Shown: piece after piece, positions 18,974-28,787 of the stretch
How positions within the stretch are numbered: the first letter of the stretch is position 1
Layout: the number at the start of each line of letters is the position of its first letter
DNA from: an uncultured Gemmatimonadales bacterium
Lineage (GTDB): Bacteria; Gemmatimonadota; Gemmatimonadetes; Gemmatimonadales; GWC2-71-9
Reading direction: 5' to 3'
Assembly: GCA_963798915.1 (NCBI GenBank)
Contig: CAWCVB010000002.1
Coordinates: forward strand, 96,001-160,000
DNA: 64,000 nucleotides
The notes under the pieces: generated by a model
Seen by the model: only the letters and a program-made list of their open reading frames with translations
Told to the model about the DNA's origin: nothing
Database searches by the model: none
Program-made: the position numbers and the translations under genes

Positions 18974-20355
18974 CGCCCAATCATCCGCTGCAACAGGTCA
19001 TATCGGCTCACGATCCCGACCGGCTTGCCATCACGGACCACCAGCACGGCCGGACTCTCGCGGGTCAGCGCCGCAGCAAGGCGATCCACCGGAAATTCGG
19101 GGTCGACTTCGGGGAAGGGTCCTTCCATCACTTCCTTGACCGGACGATCGAGCAGGGCGGGCTGCGAGAGCGCCCGGGTCATGAGCGAATTCTCGATCAG
19201 GCCGCCCACGCAACGCTCGTCCTCCATGACCGGAACCTGGCTCACGCCATACGATGCCATCAGGTTGAGCGCCTGGCGCACGGCAGCGTTGGGCGCGACC
19301 TGCACCAGTGCCGGCGACCCGTCGCGCCGGGCGCCGATGACGTCCGCCACGGTAACGGGCGTTCGGTCCAGCATCTGGTTCTCTTCCATCCAGTCATCGT
19401 TGAACAACTTGGACAGGTACCGTTCGCCGGTGTCGCAGAGAATGGTTACGATGCAGGCCTCCGGATCATCCAGCTCCTGCGCAAGGTCCAGCGCCAGCGC
19501 CACATTGAGCCCGGTGGATCCACCAACCAGGATGCCCTCTTCCCGCGCGATCCGGCGCGCCATGAGCATGGCGGTGCGGTCCGGCAACTGGCGCCACTCA
19601 TCGATCTGGTCAAACCACACGGTCGTCGGGATCTTGTCGCCGCCGATCCCCTCGACCTTGTAGGGATGGCCCACGCCCATGACACCGGTCTCGGCAAAGC
19701 CAGCATAGAGCGAGCCCACCGGATCGCCCGCAATCACGCGGACGGCCGGGTTCTTTTCCTTCAGGTATTTCCCGGTGCCACTCACCGTCCCGCCAGTGCC
19801 GGCACCAGCCACAAAGTGGGTCACCCTGCCGCCCGTCTGCTGCCAGATCTCGGGCCCGGTGGTGCGATAGTGCGATTCGGGATTGACCTGATTGTAGAAC
19901 TGGTTGGCGAGAACGGCGCCAGGCGTGTCGTGAACGATCTGCTTGGCCTTCATCACGTAATTGTCGGGATGATCGGGCGGGACCGCGGTGGGCGTGACCA
20001 CCACGTCGGCGCCGTACGCCTTGAGCAGTCGCACCTTTTCCTGCGACATCTTGTCAGGCATGGTAAAGATGCAGCGATATCCCTTGAGCGCTGCGGCAAC
20101 GGCCAGCCCCACCCCCGTATTGCCGCTGGTGCCCTCGACGACCGTCCCGCCCGGCTTGAGTTCGCCAGCGCGCTCGGCGGCTTCGATAATGGCAAGGCCG
20201 ATCCGGTCCTTGACCGAGCCGCCGGGGTTCACGTATTCCGCCTTGCCGAAGATCGGCGTGCGCAGGCCCGCCCCGACTCGCCCGAGCCGGATCAGCGGTG
20301 TCCAGCCGATGGTGTCGAGCACGGACTCGTAGGGAGCGGGGTGCGGCGCGGTCAT
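18970..20355 (-). CDS. Cystathionine beta-synthase with C-terminal CBS domains
   Basis: PLP lysine NPGGSVKDR, TSGNTG, GTGGT and YLSKLFNDDWM motifs; CBS pair. Confidence 0.9.
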   Translation of the reverse strand: MTAPHPAPYESVLDTIGWTPLIRLGRVGAGLRTPIFGKAEYVNPGGSVKDRIGLAIIEAAERAGELKPGGTVVEGTSGNTGVGLAVAAALKGYRCIFTMPDKMSQEKVRLLKAYGADVVVTPTAVPPDHPDNYVMKAKQIVHDTPGAVLANQFYNQVNPESHYRTTGPEIWQQTGGRVTHFVAGAGTGGTVSGTGKYLKEKNPAVRVIAGDPVGSLYAGFAETGVMGVGHPYKVEGIGGDKIPTTVWFDQIDEWRQLPDRTAMLMARRIAREEGILVGGSTGLNVALALDLAQELDDPEACIVTILCDTGERYLSKLFNDDWMEENQMLDRTPVTVADVIGARRDGSPALVQVAPNAAVRQALNLMASYGVSQVPVMEDERCVGGLIENSLMTRALSQPALLDRPVKEVMEGPFPEVDPEFPVDRLAAALTRESPAVLVVRDGKPVGIVSRYDLLQRMIGR

Positions 20356-20759
20356 GGAATTTCCTGGCTTCCAGGATTGCGGAAGTGAACCGGCTGGATG
20401 AAGGCACCCGCCACGGGAGCACCCCGAAGCAGTGCTGGCGCGAACTGGAGCCGGCGTCCTCCCGCCAACGCGGCCGAATCAAGGGCCGGGTAGCCGCTCG
20501 ACTCGGCGATTCGGGTGGAGTCAGCGTCGAGCCGGCCGGTGGAATCAGCGAAGAGCCGAAGCAGGACAGTTCCCTCGATGCCCTGCTGAGCCAGCGCGGC
20601 GGGGTAGAGCACCGGGGACACGGCATTGATGGCCACTGGCGGCTCGTCGCCCCGCTCCACGACCGGCTGGGCCGCGGCTGGCAGCGCTGCCGCCCCGTCC
20701 TGGCGCGAACGGCAGGCGGCAACAGCAAGCAGCAGGAGCAGGACGGTGGATCGGCGCAT
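20352..20759 (-). CDS. TonB C-terminal domain lipoprotein
   Basis: YPAALAQQGIEGTVLL...SSGYPALDSAA motif; lipobox VAAC. Confidence 0.8.
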   Translation of the reverse strand: MRRSTVLLLLLAVAACRSRQDGAAALPAAAQPVVERGDEPPVAINAVSPVLYPAALAQQGIEGTVLLRLFADSTGRLDADSTRIAESSGYPALDSAALAGGRRLQFAPALLRGAPVAGAFIQPVHFRNPGSQEIP

Positions 20760-20855
20760 GGCGAAAGCTAGCCAGGACGGGCAGGGCGGGCGAGACGGGC
20801 AGGGCGGATGAGAAGTGAGTTTGCTTCGGTGCTCACAGCTCACAGCTCACAGCGC

Positions 20856-22028
20856 TCAGCTCACAGCGCTCAGCTTCCCCACCACCCTCTCCAGCTCATC
20901 CGCCCCACTCACCGTCCCTTGCGCCGCTCTCGCTGACCCACCGCCGCGGCCGCCAACGTCAGTCAGTGCTGCCTTGAGAACCGCGCCGGCATTCCATCCC
21001 GATTCTGGCCCCGCGGCAACGAAGATGGTCGTGGGCTCGGTCTGTGTGGCCACGAAGCGCACGCCTGCGATGCCGCCCATCGCCTGCGAAATGGCGCGGA
21101 GTTCCTCCGCCGAGTAGTCGTGCGACAGGAGTGTAATGCGCCGGACGCCGCCGGCATCCGGTTCGACCCCTTCGGCCAGCGCCCTGGCACGTGAAATCGC
21201 CACTTCCGCACTGAGCTTTCTCAATGTGGAGCGTGCGTCCCTGAGCTGAGCGGCGAGTTGCTCGATGGCCTGGGGAACCTCGCCCTTGGGTGCACTCAGC
21301 GCGCTCGACGCCGCGCCCAGCAGCGACTCGTTCGCCCTCGCATGCGTGATGGCGCGCCAGCCGGCCACGAACGACACCCGCGCCGTTCCTTTCACCCGTT
21401 CCGCGCCGAGCACCAGTATCGGGCCGATCTCTCCAGTATGGCGAACGTGGGTGCCGCCGCATGCGCTCCGGTCCAGGTTGTCGATCGCAATGATGCGGAG
21501 CGTTCCGGTGCGCCTGGAGGCCTTCCGCAGCCCCGCCACCTCATCAGCCGCTTCAAAGGAGACCGTGACCGGCCGGTCTTCCATGACGATCTCGTTGGCG
21601 CGCCGCTCGACAGTTGCCAGCTGCTTCTCGCTCATCATCTCGCAATCGAGATCCACGGTGCTGGTCTCGTCGCCGAAATGCACGCTGGTGGTGTGAGCGC
21701 CGAGCAGGGCCTCGAGGAGGGCGGATAACAGGTGCTGGGCGGTGTGCTGCTGGATGTGATCGAGCCGCCGGGGCCAGTGCACCACGCCCTCGACCTCTGT
21801 GGCGCTCGTAAGCGGTTCGGCGAGCAGGTGGGCAATGCGTTCGCCCTCGTCCACCACATCCAGGACGCCGACGCCGCCAAGCATGCCAAGGTCATGCGGC
21901 TGGCCGCCGGACGTCGGATAGAATGCAGTGCGATCCAGGTAGACTCGCCGACCGCCTTCGGCGCGTTCGATGACCCGGGCAGTGAACGTGGTAAGAAACG
22001 AATCAGTGTAGTACAGCCGCTCGGTCAC
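20856..22028 (-). CDS. Alanyl-tRNA editing protein (AlaX-like with DHHA1)
   Basis: TAFYPTSGGQPHD, QQHTAQH, CGGTH and GGRGGG motifs. Confidence 0.9.
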   Translation of the reverse strand: MTERLYYTDSFLTTFTARVIERAEGGRRVYLDRTAFYPTSGGQPHDLGMLGGVGVLDVVDEGERIAHLLAEPLTSATEVEGVVHWPRRLDHIQQHTAQHLLSALLEALLGAHTTSVHFGDETSTVDLDCEMMSEKQLATVERRANEIVMEDRPVTVSFEAADEVAGLRKASRRTGTLRIIAIDNLDRSACGGTHVRHTGEIGPILVLGAERVKGTARVSFVAGWRAITHARANESLLGAASSALSAPKGEVPQAIEQLAAQLRDARSTLRKLSAEVAISRARALAEGVEPDAGGVRRITLLSHDYSAEELRAISQAMGGIAGVRFVATQTEPTTIFVAAGPESGWNAGAVLKAALTDVGGRGGGSARAAQGTVSGADELERVVGKLSAVS

Positions 22029-23248
22029 GGCGTGGTACCGTGCTCCACCGCGTACGCCACCACGTGATCAACGCCGTCCGGGTCAGTCCACACGCCAAGG
22101 ATCTCGTGCTGGGCGATCTGTGTGGGCATGAAACCTGGCGGCAGCGTGACCGTGCCCTGCCAGCGTCCGTCAGCAAGGAAGACTTTCCAATCGGTGGCGC
22201 CCGCGTGCCCCGCCGGGACAAAGTCTTCGACCCAGATGGTGCTGTCGTCGGCAATACGGAAGGTGGAGTAGGGCGGCACGAACGCGGGCAATTCGACCTT
22301 GGAAAGTGCCTCGCGGTACGCCTGTGCGAACGCCATCGGAAGCCGGTTGCCGGAGAACGACCGGCGCAGACTGTCGATCATCTGCCGTGCGCTGGCCGAA
22401 TCAAGCGGAGTGCGTTCCTGTTGCAGCCGGATGCTGGTGATGAGCCGTCCCTGGAAATCGAGCCCATCCAGGCGGTAGGTGTCGGCAGTGCCCACCAGCA
22501 GCGTGCCATCATGGGCCCGAATGGTAGTGGTGCGGCCGAACGGGGAGGGCAGGACGCCGAGGAAGCCCTCCGTGGCGGCAATGAGGACGTCGCTGCCGGG
22601 GAGCGAGGCGATGAGCGTGTCGGAGGCGGCATCGGATTGGACCATCCAGATCCAGGTACTGTCGCGCCGAGGCCCGCTCGGTTCGCCGGTGGTGTGCTCG
22701 GTGGTGGCCAAGGCGATCCATTGGCCGGTCGAGAGCCGGCCGATTGGTGCAACGGACAAGGGTGCCTTCCTGTCCGCGCTGAAATTGATCAGGCGGGCAA
22801 ACCTGCCGGTGTCGTCAAAGAGCGAAAGCCGGCGCAGCTGGGAATCATAGACCGCAATGGAATCGCCGACTTCCAGCAGGCGCGACATCCAGCGGAACTC
22901 GCCGGGCCCTTCGCCGTCGCCGCCCTCGCTGGTGAGCAGTGTCCCGTCGGGCGAAAACCAGCGAAGCGCATGGGCCCCCCGATCAGCCACCACGACGCGC
23001 CCATCACGAAGCCGGAACGCGCCCGCGACCGGGCCCACGATCTGCGAGGTGTCGGCCACGCCGCCGCCGATCTGCAGGGTCGGCTGGCCGGTCACCTTCC
23101 ACTCTGATCCCGGCGCCCACGCCGGCACGCGATTGGTGACGATATGCACACCCGAACTGTCGCTGGCGGCAACTGGCTCCGCCGGCTTCTCCTTGCCGCA
23201 GGCGGCGACCGTCACGATCGCGATCATGGGTGCGAGGATTCGACGCAT
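22025..23248 (-). CDS. Putative beta-propeller lipoprotein
   Basis: Lipobox VAAC; GGDGEGPGEF NHL/6-bladed propeller motif. Confidence 0.7.
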   Translation of the reverse strand: MRRILAPMIAIVTVAACGKEKPAEPVAASDSSGVHIVTNRVPAWAPGSEWKVTGQPTLQIGGGVADTSQIVGPVAGAFRLRDGRVVVADRGAHALRWFSPDGTLLTSEGGDGEGPGEFRWMSRLLEVGDSIAVYDSQLRRLSLFDDTGRFARLINFSADRKAPLSVAPIGRLSTGQWIALATTEHTTGEPSGPRRDSTWIWMVQSDAASDTLIASLPGSDVLIAATEGFLGVLPSPFGRTTTIRAHDGTLLVGTADTYRLDGLDFQGRLITSIRLQQERTPLDSASARQMIDSLRRSFSGNRLPMAFAQAYREALSKVELPAFVPPYSTFRIADDSTIWVEDFVPAGHAGATDWKVFLADGRWQGTVTLPPGFMPTQIAQHEILGVWTDPDGVDHVVAYAVEHGTTP

Positions 23249-23261
23249 CGGAACTCCTTTG

Positions 23262-23318
23262 GGCGGCTCGGCGGCTCGGCGGCTCGGCGGCTCGGCGGCT
23301 CGAGGGTCGAGGGTCGAG
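23262..23318. repeat. Octamer (GCGGCTCG)n followed by heptamer (TCGAGGG)n
   Basis: Directly visible. Confidence 0.85.
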
Positions 23319-23323
23319 AAGTG

Positions 23324-23414
23324 TGTCATCCCGAGGCCGCGTAGCGGCTGTAGGGATCTACTCGCCCGTGTCCCGACGCTGGCCAGTAGATCCCTCGCTC
23401 TGCTCGGGATGACA
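23324..23414. repeat. 91-bp palindromic element (TGTCATCCCGAG ... CTCGGGATGACA)
   Basis: 12-bp terminal inverted repeats and internal GGGATCTACT / AGTAGATCCC arms. Confidence 0.8.
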
Positions 23415-23433
23415 ATTCGCTAATTTCGGCATT

Positions 23434-23481
23434 CTTCCCGTCTTCCCGTCTTCCCGTCTTCCCGTCTTCCCGTCTTCCCGT
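23434..23481. repeat. Octamer tandem repeat (CTTCCCGT)n
   Basis: About six copies next to the mutS stop; the same unit occurs at 14974-14987, 15972-16062 and 58290-58330. Confidence 0.9.
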
Positions 23482-23484
23482 GCC

Positions 23485-26073
23485 TCACCCCTGACGCCCC
23501 CTCTCCGCTTTCCGCTGCAACTCCGCCAGCCGGTTCAACGCCTCGAGCGGCGTGAGTTGATTCAGATCCAGGCCCCGCAGGTCATCCATCACCGGATCGG
23601 AGGGCGGGACGAAAAGGGCAAGCTGACCCGGGTCACGTGCTGGCGGCGGAGTGCCCGGTACGACCCGATGATCCCCTTCGAGTGTGCCCAGCACTTCGCG
23701 CGCCCGGCCGATTACACCCTCGGGAAGGCCGGCCAGCTGGGCCACGTGAATGCCATACGACCGGTCCGTCCCACCCGGCTGGAGCCGATGGAGGAAGACC
23801 ACCGTGCCGCCACTCTCCTGCACCACCACGTTGCAGTTGCGTGCGTGCGCCAGTCGCTCGGGCAGCTGCATCAATTCATGATAATGCGTGGCGAACATGG
23901 TTTTGCAGCCGATCGAGTCGTGCAGGTATTCGGTGACCGCCCAGGCAATGGCCACGCCATCGTAGGTGGACGTGCCCCGGCCGATCTCATCCAGGAGGAC
24001 CAGGCTCCGCGGCGTGGCGTTATGCAGGATGGCGCTGGTCTCGCTCATCTCCACCATGAAGGTGCTCTGGCCCTGGCTCAGATTGTCGCTCGCACCCACC
24101 CGAGTGAACAGTCGGTCCACCACGCCGATCTCGGCGCGTTCCGCGGGCACGAAGCTGCCCATTTGCGCCAGCACCACGCAGAGCCCGATCTGGCGCAGGA
24201 TGGTGCTCTTGCCGGCCATGTTCGGCCCGGTCACGAGCAGGACTCGCTCCGCCTCGTCGAAGTGCACATCGTTGGGCATGAAGCGCTCGCGCGGCATGAG
24301 CCGCTCGATCACCGGGTGCCGACTCTGCGTGAGCCGGAGCCCAAACCCGTCGCTGATCACCGGCCGCTGGTACCCATGCCGCATCGCCTGATCAGCGAGC
24401 GCACCAAGCACATCGAGTGTGGCCAGCGCGCCGGCGGACGCCTGCAGGCGGCCCACGAGCGCACCCGCGGCGGCCCGAAGCTGGGCAAAGAGGTCTCCCT
24501 CGCGCACCAGCAGCCGTTCCTCGGCGCCGAGCACCTTGGCCTCGTACTCCTTGAGCTCGGGCGTGGTGTAGCGCTCGGCGCCGGAGAGTGTCTGCCGGCG
24601 GTCGTAGTCGTCCGGCACCCGCCCGATGTGCGCATGGGTCACCTCGAGGTAGTAGCCGAACACCTTGTTGAAACCCACCTTGAGCGACCCGATGCCGGTG
24701 CGTTCGCGCTCGCGCTGCTGCAAGGTCGCGATGTAACGGCGGCCCCCATCGCGGAGGTCACGCAACTCGTCCAGCTCAGCGTCGAAGCCTGGCCGGATGA
24801 TTCCTCCATCGCTCAGCAGTGCTGGCGGGCGCTCGGTCAGCGCGCTGGAGAGCTGGCCACCCAGATCGCCGTGGAGGTCAAAATTCTGCTCCAGCGCGGC
24901 AAGCCGGGCACTCGCCTCACGATTGCCCACGGTGCGCAACGCATCCAGCACGTCCGGCAGCCGCGCCAGTGAGTCGCGAAGCGCTGCCATCTCGCGCGGG
25001 GTCGCGCGGCCCGCCGCCGCCCGCCCGCCCAGCCGCTCCAGATCGCGGACGCCATCCAGCGCATCCCGTAGCCGCTCGCGTCCCCGGTGATCGGCGGCGA
25101 GCACACCCACCGCATCGAGCCGGGCGTTGATCTCGCCGGGGGACGACAGCGGGGAGAGCACCCATTGGCGCATGAGCCGAGCGCCCATCGGCGTCACTGT
25201 ACAGTCCAGTGCCTCGAGCAGTGTGGCACCGCGTGCCCCGGCGCGCAGCGGCTCCACCAGTTCAAGATTCCGGCGGGTCATCTCGTCGAGCCAGAGAAAG
25301 GCGTTGCTTCGGCGGATGACGGGCCGGGTCAGGTGAGGGAGCCCGCCCGGCTGAAGTTCGGTGAGATAGCGCAACAGGGCACCGGCGGCCCCGACGGCGG
25401 CGTCGTCGCCGGCGCCAACTCCCAGGCCATCGAGCGATGCCAGAGTGAACCGGCGGCAGAGGTCATCGCGACCCAGGTCAGGATCAAACTCCCATGCCTC
25501 GCGCGGCGTCCGCATGACGGTCTCGTCCACGGGGATCCGGGCGTCGGCCGCCGCGACGATCTCGCGGGGCGACAGGCGGGCCAGCGCTTCGGCCACGCCA
25601 TCGGCACCGATGGTCTCGAGCAGGAACTCCCCGGTGGAAATGTCCACCGCTGCGAGCCCGCACATGGGCCCGAGACAGAGCCCGACGAGGTAATTGTTGC
25701 GGCTGCCCGGCAACCAGCCATCCTGCAGCATGGCGCCGGGCGTCACGGTCTCCACGACTTCCCGCCGGACAATGCCCTTGGCGAGCTTGGGGTCTTCCAC
25801 CTGCTCGCAGATGGCGACGCGGTGGCCGGCACCAACCAGCTGGCGCAGATATTCGGCAGCGGCCTTGACCGGCACGCCGGCCAGCGGCACGCCGTCGCCG
25901 CGCGCCGTCAGGGTGATGTCGAGCACCCGGGCGCCAAGCTCGGCGTCCTCGAAGAACATTTCGTAGAAATCGCCCATGCGAAAAAAGAGGATCGCGTCCT
26001 GATGGCGAGCCTTGATTTCGCGATACTGCTGCATGAGCGGGGTGCCGGCCATGCGGTGGGTACTACCGGTCAC
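23485..26073 (-). CDS. mutS: DNA mismatch repair protein MutS
   Basis: TPLMQQY, GDFYEMF, TGPNMAGKST, DEIGRGTST, FATHYHEL and SYGIHVA motifs. The start may instead be ATG 26052. Confidence 0.97.
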   Translation of the reverse strand: MTGSTHRMAGTPLMQQYREIKARHQDAILFFRMGDFYEMFFEDAELGARVLDITLTARGDGVPLAGVPVKAAAEYLRQLVGAGHRVAICEQVEDPKLAKGIVRREVVETVTPGAMLQDGWLPGSRNNYLVGLCLGPMCGLAAVDISTGEFLLETIGADGVAEALARLSPREIVAAADARIPVDETVMRTPREAWEFDPDLGRDDLCRRFTLASLDGLGVGAGDDAAVGAAGALLRYLTELQPGGLPHLTRPVIRRSNAFLWLDEMTRRNLELVEPLRAGARGATLLEALDCTVTPMGARLMRQWVLSPLSSPGEINARLDAVGVLAADHRGRERLRDALDGVRDLERLGGRAAAGRATPREMAALRDSLARLPDVLDALRTVGNREASARLAALEQNFDLHGDLGGQLSSALTERPPALLSDGGIIRPGFDAELDELRDLRDGGRRYIATLQQRERERTGIGSLKVGFNKVFGYYLEVTHAHIGRVPDDYDRRQTLSGAERYTTPELKEYEAKVLGAEERLLVREGDLFAQLRAAAGALVGRLQASAGALATLDVLGALADQAMRHGYQRPVISDGFGLRLTQSRHPVIERLMPRERFMPNDVHFDEAERVLLVTGPNMAGKSTILRQIGLCVVLAQMGSFVPAERAEIGVVDRLFTRVGASDNLSQGQSTFMVEMSETSAILHNATPRSLVLLDEIGRGTSTYDGVAIAWAVTEYLHDSIGCKTMFATHYHELMQLPERLAHARNCNVVVQESGGTVVFLHRLQPGGTDRSYGIHVAQLAGLPEGVIGRAREVLGTLEGDHRVVPGTPPPARDPGQLALFVPPSDPVMDDLRGLDLNQLTPLEALNRLAELQRKAERGRQG

Positions 26074-27060
26074 TTGTCCACGACAAGAAAGGCGCCCGGA
26101 AAGTCGTCGCGCAGCTTGCGGATTGCAGCCACCGCATCGGCGCGACTGCTGAACGCGCCCGCCCGCACCTTGAGAAAGCCGCCTTCCTCGACAATCAGTG
26201 CCTCGTAGCCCAGCTGGCGCACCTTGGTCGCATTCTCATTGGCCATGGCGCGGGTGCCGGCGGCGATGACCTGAACTCGAAAGATGGTCGTGGGTCGCTG
26301 GGGCGCGGGTCGTGGTATCAAGACGGGCGACGAGCACGCCAGGCTGCGAGTCGACGGTCGACGGTCGACCGGTATCCGCCGACTGACGACCGACGACCGA
26401 CGACCCGTTGTCCGTCTGTCCGTCTGTCCGCCCACCCGCCTCTGCAACCACAATCGTGTCCCGCGGTGGCCCCGGCGGCGCCTTGCTGCTTCCCTCCGCG
26501 AGCGCGGTGGCGGAGCAGCGACGGGCAAAGGCCTGGAGCTGGTCGCGCACGGCCGGACCGGCTTCATCGGCACGCGCCAGGCCCATGCCCACCCACTCGC
26601 AGCCGGAGTGCTCCTGCCGGGCATCGAAATAGGTCCGTGCCGCCCAGAAGGCGGCATCGGCAAAGACATCCGAGCGGGGAAAATCGGAACGAAGCCGCTC
26701 GAGGTCACGCATGGCCGCCGGAAGGTTGCCGCCGGCGTAGTCCAGCTGCGCCAGGCGCAACAGTGCATCGTCACCCCAGGGCGAGAGCGACTGTTCCACT
26801 ACCACCTGCTGCAGTGCGTGCCGCATGCTGTCGGGATCGGCCACGAGGGTGGCGGCCGTGTACAGCGCCTCGGCCTGCAGCGGGCTGCCGGGCGCGGCCT
26901 GCTTGCGCACGTCGCGGACGATGCTCATTGCCGAATCCCGGTATCCGTCCTGCGCGAGTGCCACCGCCTGCCTGAGCCTGGGATCGGTCTGCGCCATCAG
27001 ACCGCGGCTCACCAGCAGCAGCGCAATGATGGCGATGCAGGCCGGCCGAACGTCACGCAT
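26070..27060 (-). pseudogene. Secreted TPR + SPOR domain protein, frameshifted in the linker
   Basis: Signal peptide and TPR-like part in ORF 26236-27060; the SPOR domain (FRVQVIAA...KVRAGAFSSRADA) lies in another frame ending at 26070. This may be a sequence error. Confidence 0.7.
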
Positions 27061-28124
27061 CAGGCCTGCCCCGCGACGGCAGGGTTGGTGTAGGCAATGC
27101 GCATGACCATGTCCGTCACGATCGACTGTTCCGTGGAAAGTGTGGTGCTCTTGAGGGCCCGGTCCGCCGCCAGCGCCGCCTCGAGCGCGCGACGGATGCG
27201 CGGCGCGCTCCAGACCGCCGCCCAGCTGCTCCAGCGCCGGGCCTCGGCACCCCACGCGCCGAGGCCCGGCGGCCGGGCGGCCTGCATGGCGGCAAAGGCG
27301 GCCTTCTCCAGCGCCGGCCCCTTCCGCCCGTGCTCGTATTCGCCACGCACAACCCCGACACCGACCAGCGTCGTGCCGAGGAGCGTCACCAGCCGCACGC
27401 CATTGACGCCCGATTGATCGAGGACCCGCGGCAGCAGGGCGAGCGCCCTCGCCGGGTCATCGTCGAGCACCGCGTCGCGCCAGTCGAACGGGGTCTCGCC
27501 GTGGCGGACACCCACCAGGTCGGCCACCTGCTCGACCGTGATGTCGATGCCAGCGGGGAGCGACGCCAGCTTTTCCAGCTCGATGCCGATGGCGCTCAAG
27601 CTCTGGCCGGTGGCCGCGAGCAGGTGCTCGGCGGCCTCGGAGGCAAAACTGAGCCCGCGCTCGGCGACGCGCCGGTCAAACCAGCGCCGGGCATCGGATG
27701 GACTGGCGATAGCGCACTCGACCGCCGCGGCGTGCTTCTGCAATTCCTTGTCGGGCTTGTCATCGGCGGCGCCCTGGACCAGCAGGAGAATCGTCTCGGG
27801 CGACGGACGTTCGAGGTAGTGAACGACGGCGGTCCGCCCACGCGTGCGCCGCTTCCACTGCTCGACATCGCGAATGATCACAACCCGCCGGTCGGCCATC
27901 ATCGGCACCGTGTTGCACAACGCCTCCACCGCCTCCGGGTCGAGCGAGGCAGCGGAGACCTGGTCCAGGTTGAAGTCGCGCGTGGCGGGTTCGAGCATCT
28001 GGTCCAGGATGTAGCGAATTGCATCATCCTTGAGCGCGTCTTCAGGACCGTAGAAGTAGTAGGCAGGCGCCGGCGTCCCGCGCTTGAGTGCGGCGGCCAT
28101 CTGCTTCAGGGTAGTGGAAGCCAT
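27060..28124 (-). CDS. holA: DNA polymerase III delta subunit
   Basis: YYFYGPE, DFNLDQV, PMMADRRVVII, ELEKL and DRALKS motifs. Confidence 0.88.
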   Translation of the reverse strand: MASTTLKQMAAALKRGTPAPAYYFYGPEDALKDDAIRYILDQMLEPATRDFNLDQVSAASLDPEAVEALCNTVPMMADRRVVIIRDVEQWKRRTRGRTAVVHYLERPSPETILLLVQGAADDKPDKELQKHAAAVECAIASPSDARRWFDRRVAERGLSFASEAAEHLLAATGQSLSAIGIELEKLASLPAGIDITVEQVADLVGVRHGETPFDWRDAVLDDDPARALALLPRVLDQSGVNGVRLVTLLGTTLVGVGVVRGEYEHGRKGPALEKAAFAAMQAARPPGLGAWGAEARRWSSWAAVWSAPRIRRALEAALAADRALKSTTLSTEQSIVTDMVMRIAYTNPAVAGQA

Positions 28125-28132
28125 GGGGGAAG

Positions 28133-28669
28133 TTAGCGTCGGGAAGCGGCCGTTGCCCAGATGGCGCAGAGCGTCTTGGCGTCCTGGATTTCGCCGGAGC
28201 GGGCCATGTGGAGGATGCGTGACCACCGCAGGGTATGAAGCTCGAGGAACTCGTCCGCCTCGCGTTGAGCGTCGCCGGCCGCGAGGCCCGATGCGAGGAA
28301 GAGGTGGATCCGCTCGTCAGTGAAGCCGGGGGTGGTGTAAATGGTGCTGAGCCGCCGCATCTCGATGGCGGAGTAGCCGGTCTCCTCGCGCAACTCCCGG
28401 TGGGCGCAGTCCTCCGGATCTTCGTCGGGCTCCAGGCGCCCGGCTGGCACTTCCCACACGTAGCCATCGGCGGCGTGGCGGAACTGATGAATCAGGACGG
28501 CGCGCGGATCAGAGTCAGCGGGATGGTCGAGGAACGGGAGCACCGCCGCCGCGCCCGGGTGGCGGATCATCTCGAGAATGCCCTCCGAACCATCGGGAAA
28601 GCGTACCGTGTCGAGGTCCAGATTCAGAACCTTGCCGGTATACAGATGCTGGTTGGCAATGAGAGTCAT
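28133..28669 (-). CDS. NUDIX hydrolase (ADP-ribose pyrophosphatase-like)
   Basis: Nudix box GRLEPDEDPEDCAHRELREETG; TTPGF and DAKT motifs. Confidence 0.9.
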   Translation of the reverse strand: MTLIANQHLYTGKVLNLDLDTVRFPDGSEGILEMIRHPGAAAVLPFLDHPADSDPRAVLIHQFRHAADGYVWEVPAGRLEPDEDPEDCAHRELREETGYSAIEMRRLSTIYTTPGFTDERIHLFLASGLAAGDAQREADEFLELHTLRWSRILHMARSGEIQDAKTLCAIWATAASRR

Positions 28670-28680
28670 GGGTGGGCACC

Positions 28681-28703
28681 GTAGGGGCGGCCTGCGGCCG
28701 CCC
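28681..28703 (+). repeat. GTAG-type REP-like palindrome
   Basis: GTAGGGGCGGCCTGCGGCCGCCC. Confidence 0.6.
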
Positions 28704-28787
28704 AAGGATTTTCAGGTATGCATCGGGACGTCGCGATGGGGTTCGAACCCGAGTGAGATCTGAGCGGTCGAAGGACGCCCGAACAGA

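Noticed and set aside
18357..19139. Repetitive proteins encoded across the 26-bp array
   Set aside because: These are translations of a non-triplet DNA repeat that is open in several frames, with no protein-like features.
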